This document shows, one piece after another, positions 1-11,957 of a stretch of 64,000 bases of DNA. Where the stretch lies: positions 2,012,943 through 2,076,942 of the forward strand of contig MU053216.1 of assembly GCA_013239625.1 (NCBI GenBank), given 5' to 3'. The notes under the pieces are model-generated. The model was not told the DNA's origin. It searched no databases and worked only from the letters and a program-made list of their open reading frames with translations. Both the position numbers and the translations under genes were made by a program. Position 1 is the first letter of the stretch. Every line of letters starts with the position of its first letter. The DNA comes from Lama guanicoe (Eukaryota).

Positions 1-605
1 GATAGTTGAAATGCCTCTGGAACAGCCTACATGCTTAGCATGGATGATCATTTGATAGAATCTTGTGTTTGAAGACCCAAGAAATGTTGCCAAAGCTGAG
101 AAATAGCACTTCAAATACATTATCGTCGTCAGATGAGTTGAAAACTCCTGTCATAGACTAGATTGACTGAGGGCTCGCTGAAGGTGAGATCTTGGGTCAG
201 AGGAAGAGGTGGGTGGTCCCGGGGCAGCCTCCTTAGATGTTTGGTGCCTTTGCACTGGTCCCTGAGCCAAGTGGCCAGCATCTAAGTGACACTTTTTCTG
301 TAATATTCACCGAAGGAGGAAATCATAGATCCGTCCTCTTGTTCATTTACTGCCTGCTGCCTTGCACTCCTGAGGAGTGGATGCTGAGATAATTCAACTT
401 CATTGATGAATGTGTTTCTTTGGAGCAGAGTTAGAAGCTCCCTTCTTTCCTTACAGGCAGAGGCCCTTAGGCTCTGGGAGGGTCAGGTCACGGGGCTGTA
501 AGTGGAAGAGCTGAGTTTAAACCCAGCTCTGTTTTGACTCACAGTCCAGTGTTAACTACCATGCTGTGTGCCTTCTGCCTTTTATTCCCATATTTCCTTC
601 TGTCT

Positions 606-850
606 TTTTTTTTATTCTTCTTTTTTTTGTTGACGTGCAGTCGATTCACAGTGTTAATTTCCAGTGGACAGCACAGTGACTCAGGTGTGCGCATACGCAC
701 ACATACACATAGACGTGTGTTTCCAGATGCTTTCCCATCACAGCTCACTACAAGGAATTGAATCTAGTCCCCTGTGCGCGACAGTAGTGCCTTGTTGTCT
801 ATGTATTTGTACATAGTGTGTGTCTGTTAATCCCAAACTCCTAATCTAGC
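606..850 (-). mobile_element. L1 3' UTR fragment (cetartiodactyl type), GC-shifted
   Basis: Poly-T followed by motifs matching other L1 3' ends in the window (tcccctgtgc..acagtag..ccttgttgtcta..ctgttaatcccaaactcctaat; compare 19410-19620). Confidence 0.75.
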
Positions 851-895
851 AAATCTAAGCTGATTACTTTTTTTAAACCCTTCTTTTCTTTTTTT

Positions 896-1035
896 TAAGT
901 TAGGTCGTGTATTTGGAATGTTTTTTCTTCTTTTTTCTTTTTCTTTTTTTCTTAAAAAAATTATTTTTACATCAAGGTGCTGGGAGGTTGAACCCCGCAC
1001 ACACTCTACCACTTGAACTACCCCACCCCCTCCCC
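896..1035 (-). mobile_element. Degenerate tRNA-derived SINE (Vic-1-like), internally deleted
   Basis: aggtgctgggaggttgaacccc...actctaccacttgaactacccc is the reverse complement of the SINE B-box and 5' end. Confidence 0.65.
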
Positions 1036-2069
1036 AAAGCCGGTTACTTTTATACCTTGACAAAACCATATTAAATTAAGATTTTTTACTCCATGCTCTC
1101 TTCAGAGAGCGTGTGACTGAGAGCCAGTCTGAGGAAGCCCGGCCCCTCCCTTCCTGCCCGGGGGCTGCTGCCCAGCTGGGGGCCCACCTTTCTGCTCTGA
1201 GTGCCGGCTCAGGCCGCTTCCTAAACGAGGTGCATCCAAAGCAGCAGACAGCCAGCTGGTGAACAGAAGCCACAGACCTGACCCAGCCTTCAGTCCGACA
1301 TCATCTGCTCTGAAGCGAACCTCTTAAATCTCTTCTTCCCATTAGTGGGTTGTTTTCAACCATATTCCCAAGGAGATGAATTTGGCTCTTTATTTTTCCG
1401 GGTTTCTCCGGGCTTCTATGGCTTTAACTGCTGGCTTAATTTTCTGAAGTACGTCTGCAGGGAAGCCAGGCAGAGCACATTAACGGAGCCCGCAGGCCAC
1501 GGCTACGGCCTCTGGGCAGAGCAGCCTGGCCCCGCAGCGCCGCGTTCCTAGGACCATTTTCGTTACTGCTGTAATTAGTTCCGCCCCAAGCGGGCCGCAG
1601 GGAATGAGGTTTGTGGAGAGCGTGGGCCGACGCAGGTGAGCGGCGGGCGGGCGGACGGCAGGCAGAGCCTGAAGGAGACACGGGGAGTGTTTCTTCAGGC
1701 TTCAGTTTGGAGCATTTCTGGTTTCTATATGGACATTAAACTTGGGCAGGCTGAAGCGCCGTTGCTCTAAGAGAGGGTGATGTGCACACATCCCCATGAC
1801 TTCTACAAAATTCGCCGAAGCTGGACGTGGCAGCCTAGGGGACGAACAGCTTAGAGTGACACCTGTGTCCCAGGATGCCTGTGATCTCGGGCTCACAAAG
1901 AGGAAAAGAACACGCATATTTTGCCTGTGTAGTTCCAGGTAAAATTATGTTGACCCTTGCCGGATGGTGCACGACCATAGATCGTGTAGTCTTTCTTACA
2001 CTGCAAGGATGACAGTTCTTCTTGACGAGTCAGCAGAATGTTGCCGATGGCCCGGGGTCTCTGCTGGGC

Positions 2070-3010
2070 GTTAGCAGTGATTAGACAAATACTGCCCAGT
2101 CCCCCGTCCCCAAGGAGTTCACAGTGTGCTGTGGAAGAGACAGGAATTTAAATAGCTCTTCAAAACAGTGTGGCAAGGGGCGCCTGGCATTGCGCGCCCT
2201 GTGCACTCAGAGGGGCCCCCCCACCGCCTGGGGCGGGGGTCTAGCAGGTCAGGGAGGGTGTCAGAGAGGACGCAGCTCTTGGACTGACAGACGCAGGATG
2301 CCAGGGGCTCTCTAGACCAGGAGGGTGCGTGGTGGGGAGGGAATCGCGGCAGCTCGCGTGTCACCTGCAGGTTTGGTGGCGTCTAGGAGCACTTCGCACT
2401 TAGGGACGGAAGGAGTTCAGTGAGGCTAGAGGTTCTGAGGAACTAACGGAAGCTGAGGCTGAAAAGCAGCAGCAGCTGGTGATGAGAGGGCGTGACGTCA
2501 AGTCAGGGAGCGTGGACCTCCTCATACACGCAGTGGGGAGCTACTTGGGGTTTGAAGGAAGAGAGTGACATTCGGACTAGTCATTAGCAGTGAGAAGGGT
2601 GGATGTGCACTCTCAGGACGAGCCCTGGGGAGACTAGGAAGGCGGGTGTGCATTAATGCAGTGGGGGGGGCGTATTAAGGAATAGAACTGTCGTATTGCC
2701 AGGGCATAAGGGAGTGGAGAAGGAGAGGGAGACTGCCAGACATGTGGCTCGGAAGGCTGACGGCATGGGGACGCCACTGGTTGAAAAGTAAACCCAGTTC
2801 TGAGCGAGTGTAAATCTGAACACAATAGAACTTGAGATTTTTATGGGCTAATTGGGGTAGGGAGCTCACTTGTCAACTAGAAGAATATTTCTGGGACGGA
2901 AATGGGATGTCTGCTGGAGAAGGAGATTTGGGAGTTAATCAGCGGACAGATAGCAGCGGAGGCCATGGGAATCAATGCCACCCACTGACAATGTTTTGAA
3001 GGGAAGGGAT
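2070..3010 (-). mobile_element. Ancient L2 fragments
   Basis: L2-like motifs (ccccaaggagttcacagt; ggagatttgggagttaatcagcggacagatagcagcggaggccatggga); highly diverged. Confidence 0.45.
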
Positions 3011-3105
3011 GGAGGGCACTTCTGGTTCTGAAAACATGTCAGACCAGAAACTGGAGGACCCACTCATACAGACACATAAAAATGTAGGACACAATGCAGG
3101 CAATC

Positions 3106-3661
3106 TTTATTTTTTTTCAAATACCTTTATTGTGGTCTGGTTCTTATACAGTAAACTACACATATTTCAGATGTACAATTTGCTGAGTTTTGATAGATGT
3201 ACACACCCATGAAACCACCACCACAATCAAGACAGCTAGCATTTCCATCACTCCCCAAGAGGTGCAAATTTTGAATTCCCTTCCCACCCCATTTACTCCC
3301 TGGTAACCATAAGTTTGTTCTGTATGTCTGTGTCTGTTTCTGTTTTGTAGATAAGTTTATTTGTGTCCTTTTTAAAAGATTCCACATATAAGTGATATCA
3401 TATGGCATTTTTCTATTTCTTTCTGGCTTACTTCACTTAGAATGACAATCTCCAGGTCCACCCATGTTGCTGCAAATGGCATTGTTTTATTCTTTTTTAT
3501 GGCCAAGTAGTATTCCATTGTGTAAATATACCACAACTTCTTTATCCAGTCATCTGTCAGTGATGGATATTTAGGTTGTTCCCATGTCTTGGCTATTGTA
3601 AATAGTGCTGCTGTGAACATTGGGGTGCATGTGTCTTTTTGAATTAGAATTTTCTCTGGAT
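3106..3661 (-). mobile_element. 5'-truncated L1 with ORF2 C-terminus and chimeric L1M-type 3' end (copy 1)
   Basis: ORF 3372-3620 encodes MFTAALFTIAKTWEQPKYPS..DWIKKLWYIYTMEYY, the L1 ORF2 C-terminus; AATAAA and poly-A on the minus strand. Confidence 0.92.
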
Positions 3662-4049
3662 TAGGTACAGGACAACAGGAAAGGCAAATGGTTAGGATGA
3701 CATTAGAAGTTTGGGGAGCAGGTAAGGCTGGTGGATTGGGGCTCAGCTAGTTGAAGGTGCTGGCTAGATGGTTGTTAGTGTCCAGAAGGCATAAGTGACA
3801 GAGATAAGTCGGGAGTAGGTAGAATGACGGGAGCACCTGGGGTGGGGGGTGGAGGGAGTGACGGTCAGGGGTGGGGAAGGATCGCTTGTCCTGTGATTTG
3901 GAAGATGAAGGTTTCCTATGTGGAGCCGTTCTTGGTGTCCACAGACTCCTGGCTTTGCAGTGGGACCTTGTGGTCATGCAGGTGGAGGCCACCATGGTGG
4001 GGAAGCCTAGTTGCTAAGGGGTGAGGCTGAAACAGTGTAGGGGGTGATT

Positions 4050-4297
4050 TAAAGTGCAGCTTGGTGGTCAGGCTCCTGAGCATCACTCCCAGCTCTGCTG
4101 CGTACCAGCTGTGTGCTCCCAGCCAAGCATCCAACAGAGGTGGAAGCCTCCATTCTGTCACCTGTACAGTGGCCACATGGTAGCACACGCCTCCTGGGAG
4201 TGGTGGGAGGGCTGGACAAGCTAACTCATGGACGCACGGACACAGCGCTCGGCGCCTAGAAAGGGCTCAGGGGTATTGGCCAGGATTGTCACTATTT
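4050..4297 (+). mobile_element. MIR SINE, strongly GC-shifted
   Basis: cccagctctgctgcgtaccagctgtgtg...tcacctgtacagtgg...cctcctgggagtggtgggaggg...cagcgctcggcgcctag is colinear with the MIR core. Confidence 0.7.
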
Positions 4298-5869
4298 AAT
4301 GCTTCTGCACCGCTGTTGAAGTTGCCTGCAGACATGTAAGAGATGAAAAGAAAAGGGTGAGCTGGGGGCCAAAGATCCGTGACGTTTGGATCCTAGCTTG
4401 AAATAGGTAATTGAAACTGATGAGGAGAGGGAGAAGCATGAACTTCAGGGGAAGAGGGTTTCGTGGCTGAAAGTGCAAGAGACTCGTCTGAGAGTAGCCA
4501 TAAGCAGCTATGAGGATGCCGACTTCCCCCTCCTGCTGTAGAGATGTACATTTGGGGGAGAGAGAGACAGAGAGAGAGGAGCGTGGGTGCGGATATGAGA
4601 GCACGGGGTTGTACAAGCAGCATTGTGCGAGGCGGCGTCCACGGCAGGGCGGGCGGCGGGAAGGGCTTGCAGTCTGTGTGTCTGACGAGGACACGATGGG
4701 AACACGGAGGGTGGTAAAGAACTGCTCGCGATGTCACGTCACAGTTACCATAGTGCCTACATGTGTCCTCATGACCTTCAAAATCCTCCGTTTACTGAGA
4801 TGCCAATTTCAGTGCTAGGGACACAAGCAGGTCTAGAGGCAGAGGGAGGTACCTGACTGTATCTAATGGCATTGTTGGGGGAGGCTGGGGTTAACTCACT
4901 AATTGGAGTTTGGGAAGGCGTCACTGAGGAGGTGGCATTTTAAACTGGGTTTTGACAGATGTGGAGATATTGTGAACGGGAAGATGGATTAAAGAATCTC
5001 AACAAAGCAGAAGAGCAGAGTAAAAGTCAGGACTTTGAGAAATAGCACACAATTGTTTAAAAAGTAGAGATAAAACGATTGACTTGGTGAGAAATTGATG
5101 TGCAGCAAGAGAAACAGGAGCTTGGCGCTCTCAGCAGACCCCTTTCTTGGCCTTCGCTGAGTGTCGATTTCGCAAAGCGGCCTTGAACATCAGAGCCCAG
5201 GAGCTTGCTTCCCGAGGATCCTGCAGACGTCTCGGCCATCGCCCATGTGACTCTGGCTGCTAGGATACTGTTACCTAATAGCCACTTTTATTCCAGATGG
5301 TGAATATGTTTACGATGAGTAATTATAAATTCTGAAACACGAATGCATTGGCTTTAAAAAAATTTTTCCCCCTATTTTTAGAACCCCGCCTGCTCTCAGT
5401 GTACAATCTGGGTTGGCACTTAGACGCGTTCAGGGTTACAGATAAATCAATCAGAGCCAGGTAACAGACATCAGTGATACTGCTTTGCAAGGTATATGCT
5501 CTGATCTATGTTAGCGGATTGTTGTTCATGATACGTTTAAAATATCTGAGATGGAGTAAGGCTGTTAAAATCAAGCGCCAAAGACAAAGCCATTAATTAA
5601 TTAATTTATTTATTCAAACAATCCATGTATTGTTTCACCTGTTAAATTGGAATGTCTGGTGTGGTGGTTGGAAACTGCAGTTTATATAATGCTTCTCAAG
5701 CTGCCAGAGTATTAACCAGTGGCAGTACCGACTTCAGCTGCTGGTTTCAAAACTCATTTTCAGGCTTGTCGTTGCAAACTTGCATTTACCTGGATCTCTG
5801 AACATCGTCTGAAGCTGGAGGGCTGAGTCTTATGTTTCTTGGAATTTACTAGACCTGCGTTGCGGAGGG

Positions 5870-6260
5870 AGTGGCGCGGGCTCCGGGCCGCAGGGCACTC
5901 TTTTCAAGAGTGAGAGAAACTCTTTCCAGCGTCCTCAGATACGTTTCTTCCATTTAGCTGCTTTGACGGGCGTGCCAGCTCAATGTGCAAATCAAAACTT
6001 GCATTTAAAAAATCAGCCTTTGGAGGCACTGGTAGCAGCTGGTTCTTCTCGAAACGCCCTTCCCCCTTTCCCCCTGGCTCGCCGTGGCCCCGGGTCCCAC
6101 AGCCCCCTCGCACCCCCAGCTGCAGAGAGCAAGCCGCCGCGTTGTCCGAGGACGTCTGCTTTTTCTTGGTGCCCAACGTGCTGCTGTCTTCACCTGCGTC
6201 TCGTCGTCGCCCGCCTCCGGGGGAAGGGCTTGCCGACCTCTCCTGGAGGTCACCCCCCCC
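5870..6260. promoter_or_regulatory. Small CpG-rich segment
   Basis: Visibly high GC and CpG density; no gene structure found. Confidence 0.35.
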
Positions 6261-6379
6261 CTCAGGAACCTCACGCTGTTGGCTCTTCCTACTCTCTCAA
6301 GCATCTTCAGCCTTTCCTGCCATCGGATTCTCCCCCTCTGTTTTCAATCATGCCTAAGTACGTCCAGTGCACAACAAGC

Positions 6380-7230
6380 AAGCGCCCACCTCCCTCCGAG
6401 TCCCAGCCTCTCACCTCCGGGCTGTTGACCATTCAGTCCCAGAAACACCTCCCGGCTTTGGCTGCCAGGGTGCAGACTCTCCTGATCTTGCTCCCCTGCC
6501 CTCCGCCACGTCAGCTCCGTCCCCTTTATGGGTCGCCTCCTTGCAGGCAGCTCTTAGGTGCTGGAGGACAGTGAGGCTCTCTCCTAACCTCTCCCTTCCC
6601 GCTCTCTGCTCTCTTAGCCCGGCTGGGGCAGAGACTGCTTGGGGAGGGGAGATGTTCCTTAAAGGAAAAATCAGATGCTGTTGTCAGAATAAGGCAAATG
6701 GATGCTGGAGACAGATACCAGCTGAGCAACAACAACAAAACCAAAATCAAAACACAGACTAAAATTCCACCCCGATGGGCAGTCTCCCTGTTATTTACAA
6801 CCTGTCCTCAAAAGGACCCTTGCTGTTCTCAGCCATCCTGCATCCAACGGTCTTGGGACCAAGCCCCACTGTGTACAACCTCCATGCTTTTAAACCAATG
6901 CACATTGGGGGTTTCTGTTTCCCCCCAAACCTGCCGAATGAAACCTCACCCATTTCTTAAGACTCAGAAGCTGTCTCTCTGGAAAACCTAAATTGAACTT
7001 TCCCTTCTGAGTGTTCTTTTAATACTTCACGTCTCTCCTTGGGCACTGGCCACATTCTAATTCGTACCATCATTATTTCTGTTTTCTAGGCCAGCTCTTC
7101 ACTAGACTGTAAGCTGAAGCTCTCCGAGGCCGAGGACTCGGCCTCGTTCATCTCTCTGCCCCTCACAGGACCCCACCTGCGGCCGAGTCCACGGTAAGTG
7201 CTGTGCACGCGTTTGTTGGTTTGATGGCCG
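6380..7230 (+). mobile_element. L2 fragments including 3' end
   Basis: cactagactgtaagctgaagctctccgaggc...gtaagtgctgtgcacgcgtttgttgg matches the L2 3' end pattern. Confidence 0.55.
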
Positions 7231-7946
7231 TTATCCGTTCTGAGTGAATCGTGAGCAGGCACACCAGGCCTTCGCAGGATTGAAATAGAGAGACAGCTAG
7301 AGAAGGAAAAGTTGAGGGTTTATTTTTCACAGTTATTTAAAAATTGAGTCCATCAGAAATCGCCACAGATTTTAGATTCCCGAGAGCCACTGCGGAATAA
7401 CGGGGCCCCTCTGCCTCACGCTGTTCTGCAGACGAGGTGTCTTCACCCTAAACATTGTGAGGTTTCCCTGCACTGCTTTTATCTCTAGTGAATGACCTGC
7501 CCTTTGGCTGTTTGTGTTGGTCAGACGTGAGCTTCGTGTCCTAAACAGATGCAAACAATCATGGAATAAGCTCTCTAAACCACCAAGTTCTAGGAAAACA
7601 AAAGCACAACTGTGATAATTGGGTAAGAAGTCTGATGTCCTTCAGCTCCCAAACAATGCAAGTGCAGCCTCACGCCTGCGTGACTGGTAAGGACGCGCAC
7701 TCTGCAAGTCCCGTGGGGAGGGGACGGCCCCGCTCCTGCCCTGGAGGTGGCCGTGCTCCCCCAAGGATGCACTGGGGTGGGGGGCGGCACTGGCTTATCT
7801 TTTCTAAACACTGAGTAGGTCTGGGGTGACGGTGACCTCCGTTTTCCCTTCTCCAAGTCGGTGCTGCTTATAGAATTCTAGAAGAGTAAGTTCAGCAAAA
7901 GTAACTTTTAGTTTGGATACAAGACCCTGACAAGCACTGGAGCTTT

Positions 7947-8454
7947 CTTTTTTCTTTTTGTTTTGTTTTTAATTTTCTAACACCTTTAATGTGGGATGGC
8001 TCCTGTACAGGAAACTACACATATTTCAGATGTACAATTTGATGAGTTTTGATAGATGTACACACCCATGGAACCAGCACCACAATCCAGATAACTAATG
8101 TTTCCATCATTGCCCAAGAGGTGCAGCTTTTGAATTCCCAATTTACCCCTTCCCACCCTTTTTAACCCCGGTAACCATAAGTTTGTTCTCTATGCCTGTT
8201 TCTGTTTTGTAAATAAACTTCTTTTATTTAGATTCCACATATGAGTGATATCATATGGCATTTTTCTTTCTCTTTCTGGCTTCCTTCACTTAGACTGATG
8301 ATCTCCAGGTCCATCCATGTTGCTGCAAATGGCATTATTCATTCCTTTTTATGGCTGAGTAGTATTCCTTTGTAGAAATACACCACAACTTCTTTATCCA
8401 GTCATCTGTTGGTGGCCATTCGGGTTGTTTCCATGTCTGGGCTATTGTAAATAG
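7947..8454 (-). mobile_element. 5'-truncated chimeric L1 (copy 2) with TSD
   Basis: Colinear with 3106-3604; TSD aagcactgg(a/t)g(c/t)ttt at 7932-7946 and 8455-8469. Confidence 0.92.
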
Positions 8455-9490
8455 AAGCACTGGTGTTTTAAATTGGGTGTACTCAGCCCCACGTCACACT
8501 GAAAGCTGATTTTCTGACAAGGCAATGAGGGAGGAATTGATGGAGAGAAACATTGGGCATGCCTTGCAGCGTGAATAGTGTGACTCCTGGAGAGTTGCCT
8601 CAACTCTGATGTTCAGTATTTCAGCCTCCATATTGCTTTGGATTTCTTCTTAAGACCTGTCCAGGTCATCTGCCCTGAAATATGGCATTGTCATTTGTCA
8701 ATCACCTGGCTTCTACTAAGCTTATCTCATATACATATTATATCTTTTGCCAAGCAGAGTAAAATCTTAATACATCATATTTAGAGAACAGAATGCCATG
8801 GACTCCATCATATTCTGGTTGATCAAAATGATGTCTAGCAAAGGCAGTTTTTCTTCCTCATTTGTTTTAATGTCTTTGTCTTTATGATACCTGAAACTCA
8901 CCACTTCCCTGGCAGCCTGAATCCTTTTATGAATATGCATTTCTGTGTTGGTTGAATCTGAAACAGACTTAGACAAGATTCTAAAATCACGCTTTCAAGG
9001 GTGTCGGCTACTTTGGGCAATGTACTAACCCAAAATGCAAACGTGCAAATACAAACATTTGGAGGCCTGACTGTTACACAGAGGGCATCTCTGCTTCACG
9101 AAATTACTTACCCGGACTTCCTTTACAAAAGGAAGGCTCTTAGGGTCTGTCTTGTGAGAACCCTGGCTAGAAGAGAATTTTTAAGTTGCTCTTTGCCGAG
9201 AGAGTTGCCAGGTGAAGTACAGAAGGCCAAGCTACTTGTGAGTTTCAGGTAAACAGCACATGCTCTTTAGCACATTGTGTCCCGAGTAGTCCGTGAACAT
9301 ATTGATGCTAAACACAGTGGTGATCATTTGTCTGAAATTCAGATTTAAGTGGATGTCTTGCATTTCTATTTGCTGAATCTAGCTTGGGAGAGTGGAAGAA
9401 AATCTGAAGGTATTTATTAAGCATCTTATTATAACATTCCAATGTGTAAACAATATTTCTCTTTCCTGGCATCAAAAGTGGCCCATGGTA

Positions 9491-9787
9491 TGGACAGAGA
9501 ATACAGACTTGTGGTTATGGGGGGGGGGGGGGGGGGGGGGGGTGGGAAGGGATAGACTGGGATTTCAAAATTGTAGAATAGATAAACAAGATTACACTGT
9601 ATAGCACAGGGAAATATACACAAAATGTTATGATAAATCACAGAGAAAAAAAGTGATAATGCGTGTGTATATGTCCATGAATGTCTGAAAAATTGTGCTG
9701 AACACGAATTTGACATAACACTGTAAAATGAGTATGAATCAATAAAAAAATGTAAAAATAAAATAAAATAAAATAAAACTACAAAAA
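9491..9787 (+). mobile_element. Young 5'-truncated L1 3' end with perfect 17-bp TSD
   Basis: aaaagtggcccatggta at 9474-9490 and 9788-9804; colinear with 62945-63206; AATAAA and A-rich tail. Confidence 0.95.
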
Positions 9788-10084
9788 AAAAGTGGCCCAT
9801 GGTAGACGATATGTGCAAAAGTTCCTTGTGAACTAAAAACACAGGCACCACACTTTTGCTTATGTGCAGTAGCAACACAATGTGATGCAAAAATAGAACT
9901 GTCAGGAGTCTGACAGGGCAGGACAGTGGAGCGGAGGACGGGAGAGCTGCTTTTCTCTTTCCTCAGCATCGTTTCAAGCTCCCCATTTCCGGTGACTCAC
10001 GTGCAAACTCCTTGAGAGGAGCAGGAACATAGAGCGGGCTGTGTTGGATCTGAGTTGCAGGCAATAAATAGGAAAAAAGGAGAA

Positions 10085-10285
10085 GCAGAGAGCACTGGGC
10101 TCTGCAGGGAGAGTGACCTGGGTTCCAGTCCCACGCGCACAACTCAGACGCTAGTGTCGTCAGTCACGTTCGTAACCTCTGCTGGTCATCATTTTGTTAG
10201 CACTTCAGGTGAGGGACGCTTCTGCACGAGCGGCTGTGTCTCCCTGGGCCTTGGCTACGTGACAGCTGTCGTAGTTATGGTAAGG
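10085..10285 (+). mobile_element. MIR, diverged
   Basis: agagcactgggctctgcag..gacctgggttccagtccc..taacctctgctggtcatc. Confidence 0.55.
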
Positions 10286-10449
10286 GTATAAAAAAAGACC
10301 AGCGAAGATGGGAAAACATGGAAGGAACGAGAGATCAAAAGACGAAATTTAGGTCTTATTTAAAAGCCTCTTTTGGAATAAAATGAAATGCAAATGACAT
10401 CCCCACCTCCCAGCAATACAAAACTCCCCGTGTGTTCAAATTCTTCCCC

Positions 10450-11330
10450 CGCCTGCCCTCGGGAGACGTGTCGGACTCCACTCACGTTCCTGCAGCCCTC
10501 TGCGCATCCCCCGAGGAGAGGCTCGGGGACGGAGTGACTGGCCTGGGCAGGCCAGTGGGGCTGCCCTGAGTACTGCAGGGGTTAGCACCATTGACCGTCT
10601 GCTTGCCGCGCACCGGTACGTTTGGACGCCTCGCTGAGCAAGCTCCGGCGTGAAGATGTTTTACCCCGTTCCCTGCGCCGTGCAGGTGCCTGCCTAGGAT
10701 GCTCTCAAAACCGGCCGAGCTGAGCTAAGATCAGAAGCTGAAGTTCTGCAGGAGGAGGCCTTCCCCAGCTGCCTCCCAGAGCCGCCCGGGGGCCCAGCTG
10801 GGGGACCGCAGGGCGCGGAGGCCGGACGCCGGGCCGCGCGTGGAGGAAGCGTCTGCGCGGGGACGCGGGCGCCTCGGCCCGCGGGGACACTGACCCTCGC
10901 CTCCCTTCCTCTGACTCAGAGGCTGAGCCGGTTCTGCCCTCCTTCAGGCGTAACCCTCCGCCTGCGCTTCTCGCCCCTGTCCCTGGGAGCTCCCCCAGGG
11001 CCCCTGTATCTCCTCTCCGTCCTGTTTTGAGCGGCTCCTTCCTTCTCTGGCGCTTTCCTTCCAGCCCATCAGTGCGGCTGTCTGCTTTCCGTTTGCCTTT
11101 CCTTCCAGAGCCGCTCTCCCTTCCCCGGCGGCGTTTGGCTTTCCCTGTCCCTTCTGTGACGTCTCCCAAGGGTCGCCGAAGCTCACTTCTCAGGCGCGTG
11201 GACTTGACCTCCGCTTTCCGCGCGCCCTGAGCTGATCCCGTTGTCTCCCATCCACCTTCAAGCCGTCAAACCCAGCGCACCGCTCCCGGCGCCTGCCTTG
11301 GTGGTCACTTTACTGCGCCCACCGCTGGTT
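10450..11330. promoter_or_regulatory. CpG island (orphan)
   Basis: Dense CpG, core 10780-10890; no adjacent recognisable exon. Confidence 0.5.
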
Positions 11331-11342
11331 ATTCACTCCTTC

Positions 11343-11865
11343 TGTGGAGGCTGAAGAGGCTTACGAGGCCTTTGACTCTCCTCCCATCAAGGGACAGGAA
11401 GTTTTCTGTCCCCTGCCACTGAATCTGGGCAGGTTCTGGGACTGCTTTGACAATTAAAATACGATCAAAGTGACGCGGTGCCGATTTTTGGTGCCCAGTC
11501 TTCGGAGACTGGCAGCTTTCACATCCTGTCATTTAGGAGACTTCCTCTTGGAGCTGTGAGCTACCACGTAAGCTATCTGACTGTCCGGTTGTGAACTATA
11601 TGGAGAGACCCTGAGACTGTGTGGAGGGGAGAGGGGCAGAGGTGAGCCCACTCTTCGGGCCAGCCCCACTGGCATCATGTGAGTGAGGCTGTCTGGGTGT
11701 GTCCAGACCCGTCTGACCACCGGCTGAACGCCAGTGAGGGCGTCCATCTGTACCACCCGGGAGAGGAGTCGCCCAGCCTACACCTGCCTTAGTTCTGGCC
11801 TCGCAAAATTGAGAGGTGTAAAAAAATAGCTACGAAGTGTGTTACACAACAAGACAACAGGAAAG
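11343..11865 (+). mobile_element. MaLR solo LTR (MLT1 family, MLT1G/H-like)
   Basis: tttgactctcctcccatcaag..tgaatctgggcagg..gactgctttgac..aagtgacg..gagactggcagctttcac..catgtgagtgaggc..tgttacacaacaagacaac. Confidence 0.8.
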
Positions 11866-11957
11866 CCACCTTCCCCCTTGAAACTCTCAGATCAGTCGAC
11901 TCCTGCCACGTGCCTGCCTCTTCGCTAAGCTTTTTTTTCAGGTATCTTTTTCTTCAG

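Noticed and set aside
2493..2500. Perfect CRE TGACGTCA
   Set aside because: A single 8-mer within an old repeat; about one is expected by chance in a window this size
3085..3690. TSD for chimeric L1 copy 1 (aggacacaatgcaggcaa versus aggacaacaggaaaggcaa)
   Set aside because: Too degenerate to call with confidence
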